A stretch of 64,000 nt of DNA from Candidatus Kerfeldbacteria bacterium (GCA_047946875.1 CP181398.1:969041-1033040), one strand, 5' to 3'. Positions 1 through 10,316 are shown, counted from the first letter of the stretch. Numbers and translations: made by a program. Notes: a model not told the origin generated them from the letters alone.

Positions 1-3
1 ATC

Positions 4-270
4 TCAATCATACCATTCAGTTGATAAATCAATCCATTTATTATTCATACTTTCTACTAATTTAATCTTCTTTACTCGCGAACCTCCTTTCAACTGTTTC
101 TCTCGCATTATAGCATCATAAGGGCTATTAAACTCTTCAAAATATACTAACTTGTTTACATTGTACTTACTAGTAAACCCTAGAAATACTTTATCTTTGT
201 GTTGCAAAACACGTCCTTGTAGATTACTAGTTATGCCAATATACAAAACCTTATTTGTTTTATTAGTCAT
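4..270 (-). CDS. GIY-YIG nuclease family protein (N-terminus uncertain)
   Basis: LYIGITSNLQGRVLQHK...FTSKYNVNKLVYFEE...AIMREKQLKG motifs. The frame continues upstream as YHIYI with no further ATG. Confidence 0.85.
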   Translation of the reverse strand: MTNKTNKVLYIGITSNLQGRVLQHKDKVFLGFTSKYNVNKLVYFEEFNSPYDAIMREKQLKGGSRVKKIKLVESMNNKWIDLSTEWYD

Positions 271-298
271 AATGTATATATGATATATTCTAAATATA

Positions 299-326
299 AA
301 ACTTCCCCTATTTAGGAGGAAATTTT
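299..326 (-). terminator. Putative intrinsic terminator
   Basis: Imperfect hairpin TTCCTCCTA-AA-TAGGGGAAG followed by TTTT on the minus strand, after the 344 stop. Confidence 0.45.
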
Positions 327-343
327 ATAACGTTTATCGCATA

Positions 344-1600
344 CTATTTTTTATTATAAGCCTTAGCTTTATTCTTTCCATTTCCAATATTTTTTTTTGA
401 TTTAGCTTTTATTTTTTTCTCTTTCTTTTCTTCAACTACTTCCGATTCTGTTATATTTCCCTTCAATTCATCTACAATCTGCTGTCTCATCTTTTCTTCT
501 TTATCTTTCTCTTTAGCTTCACGTTTACCTTTTCGCATTCTTCTAATTATTACAATAATGATAATAATCAGTATTATTGTTCCTAAAATTATCAAAATCT
601 CAACTAATGGAATAATCCAAAATGAAATTTCTTTTTGCACTGGACGTAATGGGTCACCATACAGTAGAGTAATCTTGGCTCGATATTTACCAATCATCAA
701 GCCCGTGCCATAACTAGGAACTTCAAACGTTCTATCTGTACCAGGTAAAATAATTTTATTAACTTCATTGACCTGAATCTCCTCTGTTCGGGATCCCCAT
801 AGATCATTGATGATCTTAATATTACCATCTGGCTTCTGATGAGTATTCCCCTGGTTATCAATAGTGATTAAAAAATCTATTGGTGGTTTGAGGAAAAAAT
901 TCTTCGATTCAAAAAAATCCTTTTTATCAGCTGGTGATAATTTTGGATCTTTATTAGTAAAAACACCGGATTGAAAATCTACCTCAATATCATCTATAGT
1001 TGCTCCTAAAATTTTAATAAAAATATTGGTAGCTACATTGGAACCAACATAAACAGCTGCTCCATCAGAATCAGTTTCTTTAGAAGGCTTTAGCTGAAAT
1101 ACTAATGAAATAAGATGAGTACCCGGTTCAGCATCTCGTGGCACAACGATCTTATATGGAAAATCAACTAAAGTACCTTCGGCTGGCATAGTAATTGGTA
1201 TTTCTTCCTGGCCGTAAACTATATCAATATCTTCTTCAGTCTCCTCGACGTCTACTTCATCAGCATCAACGTTCTCTTCAGTCTCCTCGGCAGTAATTGG
1301 TACATTTGCCCATTGAATCCAAGATCGATCTGGCTTCAAATCCTGAGGGTCAGTCAGAATAAGAACAGCTCCTTCCTTTTCAGGTGATTCTGTAAAATTA
1401 TAAACTACTGGATATACAGTAGCACCAGAAAAAGACTCATCATAAAGCTGTACCAATTGCTCATCAATTGTTTCACCCGGTCTAGCTACAATTTCTAAAT
1501 TAAGTTGAGAAATTGTAACTGCCTCAGCTGGCTGGCTAATAAAAATAGAAGCCATAAGAATTATAGCAACGGCAATTATTGACAAAAAAGATTTTTTCAT
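344..1600 (-). CDS. DUF916/WxL-interacting-like membrane-anchored surface protein
   Basis: Signal peptide, two Ig-like domains (VVPRDAEPGTH; NQGNTHQKPDGNI...ILPGTDR; GKYRAKITLLYG), C-terminal TM helix and basic tail. Confidence 0.65.
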   Translation of the reverse strand: MKKSFLSIIAVAIILMASIFISQPAEAVTISQLNLEIVARPGETIDEQLVQLYDESFSGATVYPVVYNFTESPEKEGAVLILTDPQDLKPDRSWIQWANVPITAEETEENVDADEVDVEETEEDIDIVYGQEEIPITMPAEGTLVDFPYKIVVPRDAEPGTHLISLVFQLKPSKETDSDGAAVYVGSNVATNIFIKILGATIDDIEVDFQSGVFTNKDPKLSPADKKDFFESKNFFLKPPIDFLITIDNQGNTHQKPDGNIKIINDLWGSRTEEIQVNEVNKIILPGTDRTFEVPSYGTGLMIGKYRAKITLLYGDPLRPVQKEISFWIIPLVEILIILGTIILIIIIIVIIRRMRKGKREAKEKDKEEKMRQQIVDELKGNITESEVVEEKKEKKIKAKSKKNIGNGKNKAKAYNKK

Positions 1601-1683
1601 AAATTTATTATATTTATTTTAATAGTAATATTATACCATTTTGCTAAATTATCCTCAAATAACTAACTCAACTAAGATATAAC

Positions 1684-1710
1684 AAAAAGAGTCTCCTTAA
1701 TCGGAGACTC
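1684..1710 (-). terminator. Intrinsic terminator
   Basis: GAGTCTCC/GGAGACTC stem plus T-tract on the minus strand. Confidence 0.75.
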
Positions 1711-1738
1711 AATAATTGAATAATTTTAAAAATTAATT

Positions 1739-2854
1739 TTAGAAGTCTGCAGCAGCAGTATAGGTAACCGTGTGTGAGTGAGATCCTGCCGCAACTGAAG
1801 AATCAACCGCCACTTTATGTGTCACCGTGATATCATTACCACTTTCAGCAATAGCAGCACCCGAGGAAGCTAGTGCAATAGATGCTTCAATAGGCGAATC
1901 ATTATCCAAATATATAGTACCAAAAGTCCAAGTTCCACTTGTAGCTACCGAAATACCATATTCATCTGTACCGGCAGTAATAGCACCACTATCTTCCACA
2001 AAATCCGTAATACTGCCTAAATCACCGGATTCAGCAATAGAAATAGTTGCTCCACCACTCGCATTAGTACCCACATTAATATCGTAGTTACCAGAAGCAA
2101 CAGTGGTAGTAAGTACTACGCCAAGATTACAAGTTACAACCGGTGTACCAGTACAATAAGTGCCGTCCGCGTTATCAAGCAACATTGAAAGATTTGGTAA
2201 CACTGTAACTGAAACATTTACATCGTTGGCGTTACCGACATAAACCACACCAGCACCAGCGTCATCATTAGTTACCACAGATACGGTATATATATCTGCC
2301 CCAGCCGGATTATATAAACTGTCAGTACCACTTGTCCCTATAGTCATGGTCAATGAACTAGTATCTCCACCAGAGGCTACATCACAGCTAGCTGATAATC
2401 CAGCAGTGGCCGTAGCATCGGTCTGCACATAAGATCCAAATGTCGCACCGACCTGAGCACAAGTAATATCAGTGGAATCAATAGTACCATCCGTATCAAC
2501 CCATGGGTCACCGCCTGAATTCTCACCAATATATACAGTAATAGTGTCACCAGTCGTTATTGCAGTTGTCGGCGAAAAAACAATAGTAATTTGTGACTCA
2601 GTGTTTATAGCTTCACTAGTAACTAGGGTGGTAGTCACTATATCAATACCAGCTGCTTGTGCATCTCGTCCAGCAGAAAACTGGCTCATTACAAATACGA
2701 GAGTAATGATACTGATAATTGCTCCGGATTTTTTTAATAGATTAAAAAACCGCCTCCATTTGAACATATTGATATTGTGGAAATAGTGTGTATAAACCCT
2801 ATTTTTATGATTTTTGTTTTTCATTTTGTCCCTTATTTTAAAGGATATTTTCAT
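1739..2854 (-). CDS. Secreted beta-rich surface protein with WxL-like C-terminal domain (candidate major fibre subunit)
   Basis: Signal peptide ending AQA; Thr/Ser/Gly/Asp-rich; ends SHSHTVTYTAAADF. Start codon uncertain. Confidence 0.6.
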   Translation of the reverse strand: MKISFKIRDKMKNKNHKNRVYTHYFHNINMFKWRRFFNLLKKSGAIISIITLVFVMSQFSAGRDAQAAGIDIVTTTLVTSEAINTESQITIVFSPTTAITTGDTITVYIGENSGGDPWVDTDGTIDSTDITCAQVGATFGSYVQTDATATAGLSASCDVASGGDTSSLTMTIGTSGTDSLYNPAGADIYTVSVVTNDDAGAGVVYVGNANDVNVSVTVLPNLSMLLDNADGTYCTGTPVVTCNLGVVLTTTVASGNYDINVGTNASGGATISIAESGDLGSITDFVEDSGAITAGTDEYGISVATSGTWTFGTIYLDNDSPIEASIALASSGAAIAESGNDITVTHKVAVDSSVAAGSHSHTVTYTAAADF

Positions 2855-2899
2855 TTTATTATATTCTTTCCCGCGTCTAAACAGGTAGTATATATATCT

Positions 2900-2928
2900 A
2901 TAATAGCATATATTCAGAAACTAGTCAA
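2900..2928 (-). promoter_or_regulatory. Sigma70-type promoter
   Basis: TTGACT-17 bp-TATTAT with TG extended -10. Confidence 0.6.
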
Positions 2929-2979
2929 TAATAAATCCAGTAATATTAAATGAACACATTATTGACTCACCTATTATTA

Positions 2980-5900
2980 TTAAAAATCTCCGGCGCAGGT
3001 ATAAGTAACAATATGCGAAAAAATAGCGCCTGCCGTAATAGCCGCTGCAGCCGCTTCGTAGGTCATAGCTGTAGCACTGGCAGTAACTCGTCCTGCATTA
3101 GATGCTACAGTAAGTGGCGCACCAGTAATAGCAACATCGTTAGCTCCTAATTGACAATCTGCTCCAGTACAACTAATGCCATATTCTTCACTACCGGCTG
3201 TCACCGTATTATCAACTACATCATCTATATCATCGGCTCCATTTCGAATATTACCATCCTCCACCACACTGCAGGTATAACCATTCGGAGCGTTGGTTGT
3301 AACTGTTAAATTATGATTATCACTTCCAACTGTTAGAGTATTAATAACTCCCAAATTCATCACATTAGCACTTAAAGAAAAACCTAAATTATCGCTCCAG
3401 TCCACGACAGCCCCGCTATTTTCTTGATCATATGCTTCACCTCCTTTATTTCCATCCCACCAAAGAAACTTCCAATAAACACCTGCACCGATTGCATCAA
3501 CATTAAAATCAACAATAGAATCTATCCCATCCCCATTATCATCAAATATAACATTCCTAAATATATCATCAGAAGTGATGCCATCCGCAACAATATACCT
3601 GGAATCAACTCCATCTCCGGCATTGTCAAAACTTCCATCAGATAGCTCTGTTACCGTTGCTGTAGTATGAATATACAACCCATCATTATCAATATAGTCA
3701 AAATCATAATATTGTGCGTTGATAGTGCCATTTATATCCATTGCATAGTTGCCCGTACTATCCCGAGTAATAAGTGTTCTATTTGAGGCGGCATTTTGGC
3801 CTTTTATTTCAAGGGTTTCACCATTATCTACAGTCATGGACGCTCCAGGAGCAAAGCGTACGTCTGCCTGACGGGTTACTGCCGCGCCGTCTTCAAAATC
3901 CTTGGCATAGCTCCAATACTCGTTGGTGCGGGAATTGCACGTACCATAGATATTAAGCCGGCCGGCACTGCCAGCGTGATCCTGAGAAAACAGGCAGCCG
4001 CCAGAATCAATGGTAAACGTAGTAGCTACAGAATCCCACATGACTATGTCTTCTGATGCCCCAATACGCAAGGTAATAAAAGTGTCTCCGAGATGCGTTT
4101 TATTATTAATGTTGTACATACCACCGGAGCCATTAAGATACAGAGTTGATCCAGTCCAGGTAGTATTAGCTCCGGCCACACTTAAGTCAAAATTACCCCC
4201 TACCTCCAAAACAACACTTGCTACAGAAAATGCGCTGGCTGCGGTCAATGTAAGGTTACTGCTTGTTGTCATATTATCGGTCTGTACAGTCCAGTCACCT
4301 GAAGCATGATTAAAAACAACTGTACCAAAACTTTGAGAGCCCGCCTCTACTGTTTCACTACCAGCATCTGAATCAAATGTCACCGTACCCGAGTTTGAAG
4401 TAAAGGTACCGTTGTTATCCCAGGAACCAGCCACATTGAATGCACTGGAATCTGATGCGTTCAACTCTGCTCCAGAAGTTATGGAAACGTTACCAGCTAC
4501 GTCAGTCACCGGATCATTGATTGTGAGATCCAACTCGCCGTCATTCACGGTCAACGCACCATCGACGGTAAATGCGCCGGAGATAATTACATCGTCAACA
4601 TCATCTGATGCCCCAGCGTTATTTGAATAAAAATTATAAAATGCTTTACTGCCCGTGGTGACAGTTTGATCAGCAGTACCATCCGGCTCTACAATTGAAT
4701 TTGTAAACGGAATAAACGTACCAGTACCAGACATAGTCCAGTTACCGCCGAATGTTACTGTGGTAGGATCTGCGTCAGCATTTGGCGCATCATCCTGTAA
4801 ATCAAAAGCACCAGTTCCCTGCACATCTATGGCCCCTGAAATATCTACTTCCCAGCCGTGTGTTTCAAGCCTATCACCCGTAGCTATAGTTAAACTACTG
4901 GCAGAAAAATCACTTTTTAATTTAGTAGTGCCGGGACTCTGGCCAATCTGCACAATACCCATATCTTGCTTAGCACCAGTGCTTTGATCATCAAACCACT
5001 GGTCATCCAGCACACCATCCAAAATAAGCTTACCTGTACCAGCTCCGGAAGAATCAAATGTACCCCCATCAGTAATGACAAAAGAAGTCTCTCCATCTCC
5101 AGTAGCAATAAAATCAACGTTATTACCGTGTGAAAAATTGGCGCTGGCACCAATACTAAAATCTGCCGCCACGGCTAGCTGATCAGCATTTGAAACATCA
5201 CCAGTGCCGGTAACAGACAAACCTTGAAATGTATTTCCGTCAGAAGTAATAGTCTTAGACGACCCGTCCATCTGGAAAGTATTACCACTGGTAAAAGTAA
5301 CGCTACCACCAGTAAAGTCAATATTACCCGTAACCGTCCAGGCACTTATTCCTGTGTTAAGTGTAGGCGTACCGCCTCCACCATAATTAGTAATTAGATC
5401 GCCGGTGATATTTATTATTGGATCATGTCCTACACCAGTTAAAATCGTAGTACCACCTAATGTATCATCAGTTACCTCCAAATTTCCAGAAAAAGTCAAC
5501 GTTTGACTACCCACCGTGCCAAGAGTAGCCGTATACGTATTTGCACCACTATTATTATAAATTTCTACATTATCACCATATGTTCTTTGGGGAATATTTG
5601 TATCACCTGATTCACTAATAAAAAACCTCAGAGGTGCTGAAATAGTCCCTGATGTAGGGAAAATATTTGATGACTGGTAATCCAGCAACCCCGTACCATC
5701 AATAGTGCCATTCAACGTAATAGATGATGAAGTGTCCATAGTTAACGTAACAGTATCAATAGTAAAAGTATCATCAGTCACTACAATTAAAGTACCACCA
5801 ACAGTCAGGCCACTCGTCTGCAAAGTAATAGTACCAGTTGAAGATGGATCGATTGTTAAGTTATTTAGAGTTTCATTACCGCCGACAATACTGTTTGACG

Positions 5901-8004
5901 TGCCGGTCATAGTTACCGCCGATGTGCCAGCAATAATAATACTACCAGTCATATTCAAATCACCCGCTACTGTATGAGTAGCATTAGCCAAAGTAATAGT
6001 ACCACCAGAGAGCGTTAAATTCTGTAGCGTATTGCCGGCCGTGGTTAATAAACCACCACCATCCATAACTAGCGTATTACCGGCGGTGGCAGTATAAGAT
6101 CCATCCGAAAAATTGACATTGCCGGAAACTGTCCAAGTGCCCGTGCCAGAAATAATATTTTCAGCACTAGTCCCCGCTCCAGTGAAATCCAAATCTCCCC
6201 CGATCGTAACAGTCGGATTGTTAGTAACCCCAGTCAAAGTTACATCACCAGGAGTATCTCCAGCCGCTATAACATAAAGATGAGAAGACGCTCCAGCCAA
6301 AGTATATGTCCCGGAGGCAAATGTAACCGTCCGACCTGTCGCACTATTAGAATATATCTCTACTAAACCACTGTATGTCCGAGCATCAAAAGTAGTTGAA
6401 GCTATATTACCAGCCGAAGTATCGAAACGTGTGATAGCGCTCAGTGTCCCAGCTCCCGCACCTGGACCACCAGAAGCATCAGTAAAGCATAGTCTGCCGG
6501 CACCCGTAATGTCCCCATCCAGCGTCATGGTCGCCCCAGTATGTGTAATAATCCGACCTGTATCAATAGTAAAAATATCACTGGTATCAACATCTACCGT
6601 ACCGCTAACCGTAAAATCGTTAGTCTGAGCTGTCCACGTACCACTACCATCACTGCCTATAAATGTCAGATTGTTAAAACCAGAACTACCCGCTTCTATA
6701 ATATTATCGGTGTCAGCCGCGTCAAAAGTAATTGTAGAAGATGAGGCCGTATAAGTACCGGTATTCACCCAATCTCCTGACACGGTAATGGACTCTGATG
6801 ATCCAGCCGTGTAAGTACCTACAATTTTTATATCATCAAAAACTGTCGTTCCGCCAGGCACGAATTCATCCCCGGTCCAAACATAAAATATCCTCGCATC
6901 ACTGACCGTCAGCGTACCGGCATTTGACGTGAATCCAATCTCAGTATCAATGCAGTTAGTACCGGAATCATTATCACAGTCAGCGAGATCAGCATTAGTT
7001 ACCGTAGTGGAATTTTCATCCCTAACAATAACCCGATCCTGATAAATTGACAGGCCGGTACAATTAGGCGAACCCGTACAGGCCGCCCCGTAAGTTACTA
7101 CCAGCGTGCCATCAGCCGTAGCACCATCCAGCCATATCACCAGCTCATCACCGTTGGAGGGCTCAGTAATGTTGACTGTCCAATTCCCTGATCCGTCCGT
7201 GCCGTCGGCATCCGAAGCCGTAGCACCAGTAGAACTATTTACTATTTTAATTGCTCCTCCGCTGTTATTCAGCGTGGCTACTCCTTCGTTAGTATAAGCA
7301 ATTCCAGAAATAGTGCTGGTTGCAGGTACACTGGCAATCACCCCAGGAATAACCGTATACGTATCCGACGGACTGGCCCGAAAACAATACGTTTCTGAAT
7401 CTGAGGCATTACTGGTAAAGGCCACCGTATATTCCATTTCCGTATAATAAGTTGTTAAGAGCGCTTTTTTGGGATCGGAAGTATTGGACGGATCCTCGGC
7501 CATATCACCGGTCTGAAATAACGAATTTTCATCAGCCAAAGTACAGCTTGTAACCGATGTACAATTTGTTGACTGATCATTATCTGCGTAATAACTAGTG
7601 GTGGTCATTTCCACCGGCTCGGTAGTAGGAGTAACGGGCACATTGGCAAAATTACCATCAGCCACACTTGTACACACACCTGCCCCGCCAAGAGCTGCAT
7701 ACTGCAAAATAAAAGAAGTGGTAGTGCTGGCAGCAGTCCCCTCATTTGACAGCTCAAAACGAATACGAAAATTAGTGCCGACTGTTACGCCATTAGAAGA
7801 ATCAGCGTCAACAGATGACAGGTCAGTATTAAGAAATGAAGCAGCAGTCTCCGAGCCATCATCATCACGCAACGAGTAGTGTATCTGGATAACATTAGGA
7901 CTGCCTGATTCATGGGCCAATGCAAAATCAACATATGTAAACAAACTTGCCGAGATTACAACAATTAATACAATGATATATTTTAATAATAAACTAAATT
8001 TCAT
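2980..8004 (-). CDS. Large secreted adhesin-like protein (beta-helix-like repeats, WxL-like C-terminal domain)
   Basis: Start reassigned to MKFSLLLKY (signal peptide, ALA cleavage). Repeats of the type V.G.W.N.GTF.....TVTFD. C-terminus homologous to 1739..2854 (SHIVTYTCAGDF). Confidence 0.7.
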   Translation of the reverse strand: MKFSLLLKYIIVLIVVISASLFTYVDFALAHESGSPNVIQIHYSLRDDDGSETAASFLNTDLSSVDADSSNGVTVGTNFRIRFELSNEGTAASTTTSFILQYAALGGAGVCTSVADGNFANVPVTPTTEPVEMTTTSYYADNDQSTNCTSVTSCTLADENSLFQTGDMAEDPSNTSDPKKALLTTYYTEMEYTVAFTSNASDSETYCFRASPSDTYTVIPGVIASVPATSTISGIAYTNEGVATLNNSGGAIKIVNSSTGATASDADGTDGSGNWTVNITEPSNGDELVIWLDGATADGTLVVTYGAACTGSPNCTGLSIYQDRVIVRDENSTTVTNADLADCDNDSGTNCIDTEIGFTSNAGTLTVSDARIFYVWTGDEFVPGGTTVFDDIKIVGTYTAGSSESITVSGDWVNTGTYTASSSTITFDAADTDNIIEAGSSGFNNLTFIGSDGSGTWTAQTNDFTVSGTVDVDTSDIFTIDTGRIITHTGATMTLDGDITGAGRLCFTDASGGPGAGAGTLSAITRFDTSAGNIASTTFDARTYSGLVEIYSNSATGRTVTFASGTYTLAGASSHLYVIAAGDTPGDVTLTGVTNNPTVTIGGDLDFTGAGTSAENIISGTGTWTVSGNVNFSDGSYTATAGNTLVMDGGGLLTTAGNTLQNLTLSGGTITLANATHTVAGDLNMTGSIIIAGTSAVTMTGTSNSIVGGNETLNNLTIDPSSTGTITLQTSGLTVGGTLIVVTDDTFTIDTVTLTMDTSSSITLNGTIDGTGLLDYQSSNIFPTSGTISAPLRFFISESGDTNIPQRTYGDNVEIYNNSGANTYTATLGTVGSQTLTFSGNLEVTDDTLGGTTILTGVGHDPIINITGDLITNYGGGGTPTLNTGISAWTVTGNIDFTGGSVTFTSGNTFQMDGSSKTITSDGNTFQGLSVTGTGDVSNADQLAVAADFSIGASANFSHGNNVDFIATGDGETSFVITDGGTFDSSGAGTGKLILDGVLDDQWFDDQSTGAKQDMGIVQIGQSPGTTKLKSDFSASSLTIATGDRLETHGWEVDISGAIDVQGTGAFDLQDDAPNADADPTTVTFGGNWTMSGTGTFIPFTNSIVEPDGTADQTVTTGSKAFYNFYSNNAGASDDVDDVIISGAFTVDGALTVNDGELDLTINDPVTDVAGNVSITSGAELNASDSSAFNVAGSWDNNGTFTSNSGTVTFDSDAGSETVEAGSQSFGTVVFNHASGDWTVQTDNMTTSSNLTLTAASAFSVASVVLEVGGNFDLSVAGANTTWTGSTLYLNGSGGMYNINNKTHLGDTFITLRIGASEDIVMWDSVATTFTIDSGGCLFSQDHAGSAGRLNIYGTCNSRTNEYWSYAKDFEDGAAVTRQADVRFAPGASMTVDNGETLEIKGQNAASNRTLITRDSTGNYAMDINGTINAQYYDFDYIDNDGLYIHTTATVTELSDGSFDNAGDGVDSRYIVADGITSDDIFRNVIFDDNGDGIDSIVDFNVDAIGAGVYWKFLWWDGNKGGEAYDQENSGAVVDWSDNLGFSLSANVMNLGVINTLTVGSDNHNLTVTTNAPNGYTCSVVEDGNIRNGADDIDDVVDNTVTAGSEEYGISCTGADCQLGANDVAITGAPLTVASNAGRVTASATAMTYEAAAAAITAGAIFSHIVTYTCAGDF

Positions 8005-9571
8005 TGTTTGGTTCAAATAAATAAAATTCATATCCAAAATCTTCCAACGTAACATTACGTCCATATACAATAGTCGGGATATCCAGCGTATAGGAAGGAT
8101 TATAGTCATCGGTAAATATTGGTAATTCGCTCAATGTAAAATGATTCTCCAGTAATTCTCTGCCAAAAAAATTTGGTATCATCCCCCGGAAATCCTGCTC
8201 AACAAATTCACGGTCACTCGCAAAGTACACAATAGATCCATAGCCATCAGGATTAGACACAGAAAATTTCACCATAGAGAAAACACTTGCCAGCGTATTA
8301 TAAACAATGGGTTGCTGGTCTTCGGATTTTATCCATCCCATGGCATTCGTACTCAGGATACCATTGGGTTTGAGGATACTTTTTCCTTCAGTAAAAAACT
8401 CTTCAGTCACCATGTGGATCGATGGTTCAGATCCAATAACTATATCAATCATTATTAAATCATACTTTTTGTCAGTATGACGAACATAGTAACGTGCATC
8501 CTGTACGATATACGTAAAATTATCAGTGGTTGGCAAATCAAAAAATTCAGTACTGAGCTCAATAATGCGTGGATTTATCTCTACGATATCAACATTATGC
8601 GTGGTATCGCTTAACTCTTTGACTACGGCACCTCCGCCCAATCCAAGAATTAGGATATCAAGCTTTTGATCCTCCGGAAAAGCATTAATCGCTCCTCGAA
8701 AATACCGCGTATAAGGCCAGGCGGATGAATTAATATCATAATTCCAACAACTTTGGCTGGACGTATCAATCAGCAGACACCTGATGTTTTGGTTCACTGC
8801 CCGTAGTTCATACAGTTTAATATCCCCAAAATAACTTTGCTCCTTATAGATAATTTTTGCCTGAGCGGGTTGTGACACTACATGTGAAGGTAATAAAAAT
8901 TGGATAATTATCAAGAGAACAATTGTAATGATCGACGTGAATCCTCCTCGTTTCGCAAATAACCAGCCAAGAGCTAATATAATAAGCAATGCTCCGGTTG
9001 TACTAAAAATAACTGACAAAGAAAAATTTGGTATTAGAAAAAATCCGCTTGCAAGCGCGCCCACCAAAGAACCGACAGTGGCTATGGCAAAAATTCTTCC
9101 GCTCTGCATGCCTACTGTCCCGATATCCTTAGTTTGGTACCGAATAGCTATTGGGGAAATAGTACCGAGTAAAAATAATGGGATTGAAAACATAATTACC
9201 GAAGCAACCAAAGGACCAAAACGAATTCCAAAAGAATCCGTCCAAATAAGAATAATGCTGTCTAATTTTGGAATTATTAAAAAAATAATACCGGCTGAAA
9301 AAAGGATAGACACGAATAAATCAGTTATTTTTTTTACTTTGAATATTTTCAGGTCAAACTCTTTATCGTGTAATCTGTCGACAGCTTTGCCTCCAAGCCA
9401 ATACCCTAATGCAAGAAAAGCAAGTGCAGTAGAGATAAGCGAAGACCAAACAAAAATCGTTGAACCATAAAATGGAGAGAGGATCCTAGTACCCAAAATT
9501 TCCAAAACCATGACTGCTGCTCCATTAATAAGCAGTGTAACAACAAGCCAAATTTTATTAAATTTATTCAT
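7994..9571 (-). CDS. Fused MFS-like membrane domain / spermidine synthase-like methyltransferase
   Basis: N-terminal TM region (MVLEILGTRILSPFYGSTIFVWS); SAM-binding LILGLGGG, VEIN, DAR and KYDLI motifs. Confidence 0.85.
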   Translation of the reverse strand: MNKFNKIWLVVTLLINGAAVMVLEILGTRILSPFYGSTIFVWSSLISTALAFLALGYWLGGKAVDRLHDKEFDLKIFKVKKITDLFVSILFSAGIIFLIIPKLDSIILIWTDSFGIRFGPLVASVIMFSIPLFLLGTISPIAIRYQTKDIGTVGMQSGRIFAIATVGSLVGALASGFFLIPNFSLSVIFSTTGALLIILALGWLFAKRGGFTSIITIVLLIIIQFLLPSHVVSQPAQAKIIYKEQSYFGDIKLYELRAVNQNIRCLLIDTSSQSCWNYDINSSAWPYTRYFRGAINAFPEDQKLDILILGLGGGAVVKELSDTTHNVDIVEINPRIIELSTEFFDLPTTDNFTYIVQDARYYVRHTDKKYDLIMIDIVIGSEPSIHMVTEEFFTEGKSILKPNGILSTNAMGWIKSEDQQPIVYNTLASVFSMVKFSVSNPDGYGSIVYFASDREFVEQDFRGMIPNFFGRELLENHFTLSELPIFTDDYNPSYTLDIPTIVYGRNVTLEDFGYEFYLFEPNNEI

Positions 9572-9621
9572 AAATTACAGTCATATTATACTAAAAATCA
9601 ACTTTTTTGTAAAAATTTCCT

Positions 9622-9936
9622 CTAATAATCTGCTGTGGCAGTCCAATATATTTCATTCTCACTGATTATATCCTTTCTTAATGTGGCCCCAAAAGGCCAG
9701 TTGGTAGTATATATTGGCAATCCATTATCTATTGATAAAGACAAATTTGGGAGAACAATTACTGACACATATACTTCCTTTTCTACGGATGCAAAACCCC
9801 CACTATCAATGGATTGAGCATTAGTTCCGTTATTAGGCGATAAAAAAATCAATATAAAAATTACTAAAACTAATACTATATTAGCTGTTACCAGCCATTT
9901 TTTTGAATCAATAAAATTTCTCAACATTAAAATCAT
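9622..9936 (-). CDS. Small secreted protein with a minimal version of the WxL-like domain
   Basis: Signal peptide; VSVIVLPNLSL matches VSVTVLPNLSM of 1739..2854; ends YWTATADY. Confidence 0.6.
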   Translation of the reverse strand: MILMLRNFIDSKKWLVTANIVLVLVIFILIFLSPNNGTNAQSIDSGGFASVEKEVYVSVIVLPNLSLSIDNGLPIYTTNWPFGATLRKDIISENEIYWTATADY

Positions 9937-10100
9937 AAATTAGAATTATTCTTTAAGAATTTCTTAAGGTCTTTGCTGCCAATCCTCCACTGGCCAATAT
10001 GATAAGCACGGAGTTTTTTGGTTTTTATATAACGAAAAAGAGTCCTCTCACTTACGCGTAAGTATTTGGCGACCTCATTTAAGGTATATAACTTTTCCAT
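9933..10100 (-). CDS. Excisionase/MerR-like HTH_17 DNA-binding protein
   Basis: LYTLNEVAKYLRVSERTLFRYIKTKKLRA..IGQWRI; start reassigned to MEKLY using promoter geometry. Confidence 0.85.
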   Translation of the reverse strand: MEKLYTLNEVAKYLRVSERTLFRYIKTKKLRAYHIGQWRIGSKDLKKFLKNNSNL

Positions 10101-10106
10101 GCCTTT

Positions 10107-10156
10107 ATGATAATAAGAGAAATTGTGTCTGTCAAGTTTTGTCAAGTTTTGTCAAA
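10107..10156 (-). promoter_or_regulatory. Leaderless promoter with 10-bp direct repeats
   Basis: TTTGAC-AAAACTTGAC-AAAACTTGAC, then TTGACA-17-TATCAT-6 nt-ATG. Confidence 0.7.
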
Positions 10157-10316
10157 GAGGGAAGTGGACTATTTTTCTGCTAATTATAGCTATTTATATT
10201 CTATTTATAATGGTATTTTTTATAACGTAAATTTACAAAAAATTAATTTCCATTTTTCATTATTATTAATAGCAATCCCCTCACTTCTATAATAACTTGT
10301 AATTATTTTTTTAAAA

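Noticed and set aside
1827-8109. Short plus-strand ORFs, and the 35-codon extension of the adhesin ORF to 8109
   Set aside because: The short ORFs are antisense shadows of long genes; the extension overlaps the upstream gene and precedes a clear signal peptide.
9933-10100. Excisionase marking a prophage
   Set aside because: No integrase or phage genes nearby; the gene is coupled to a surface operon.
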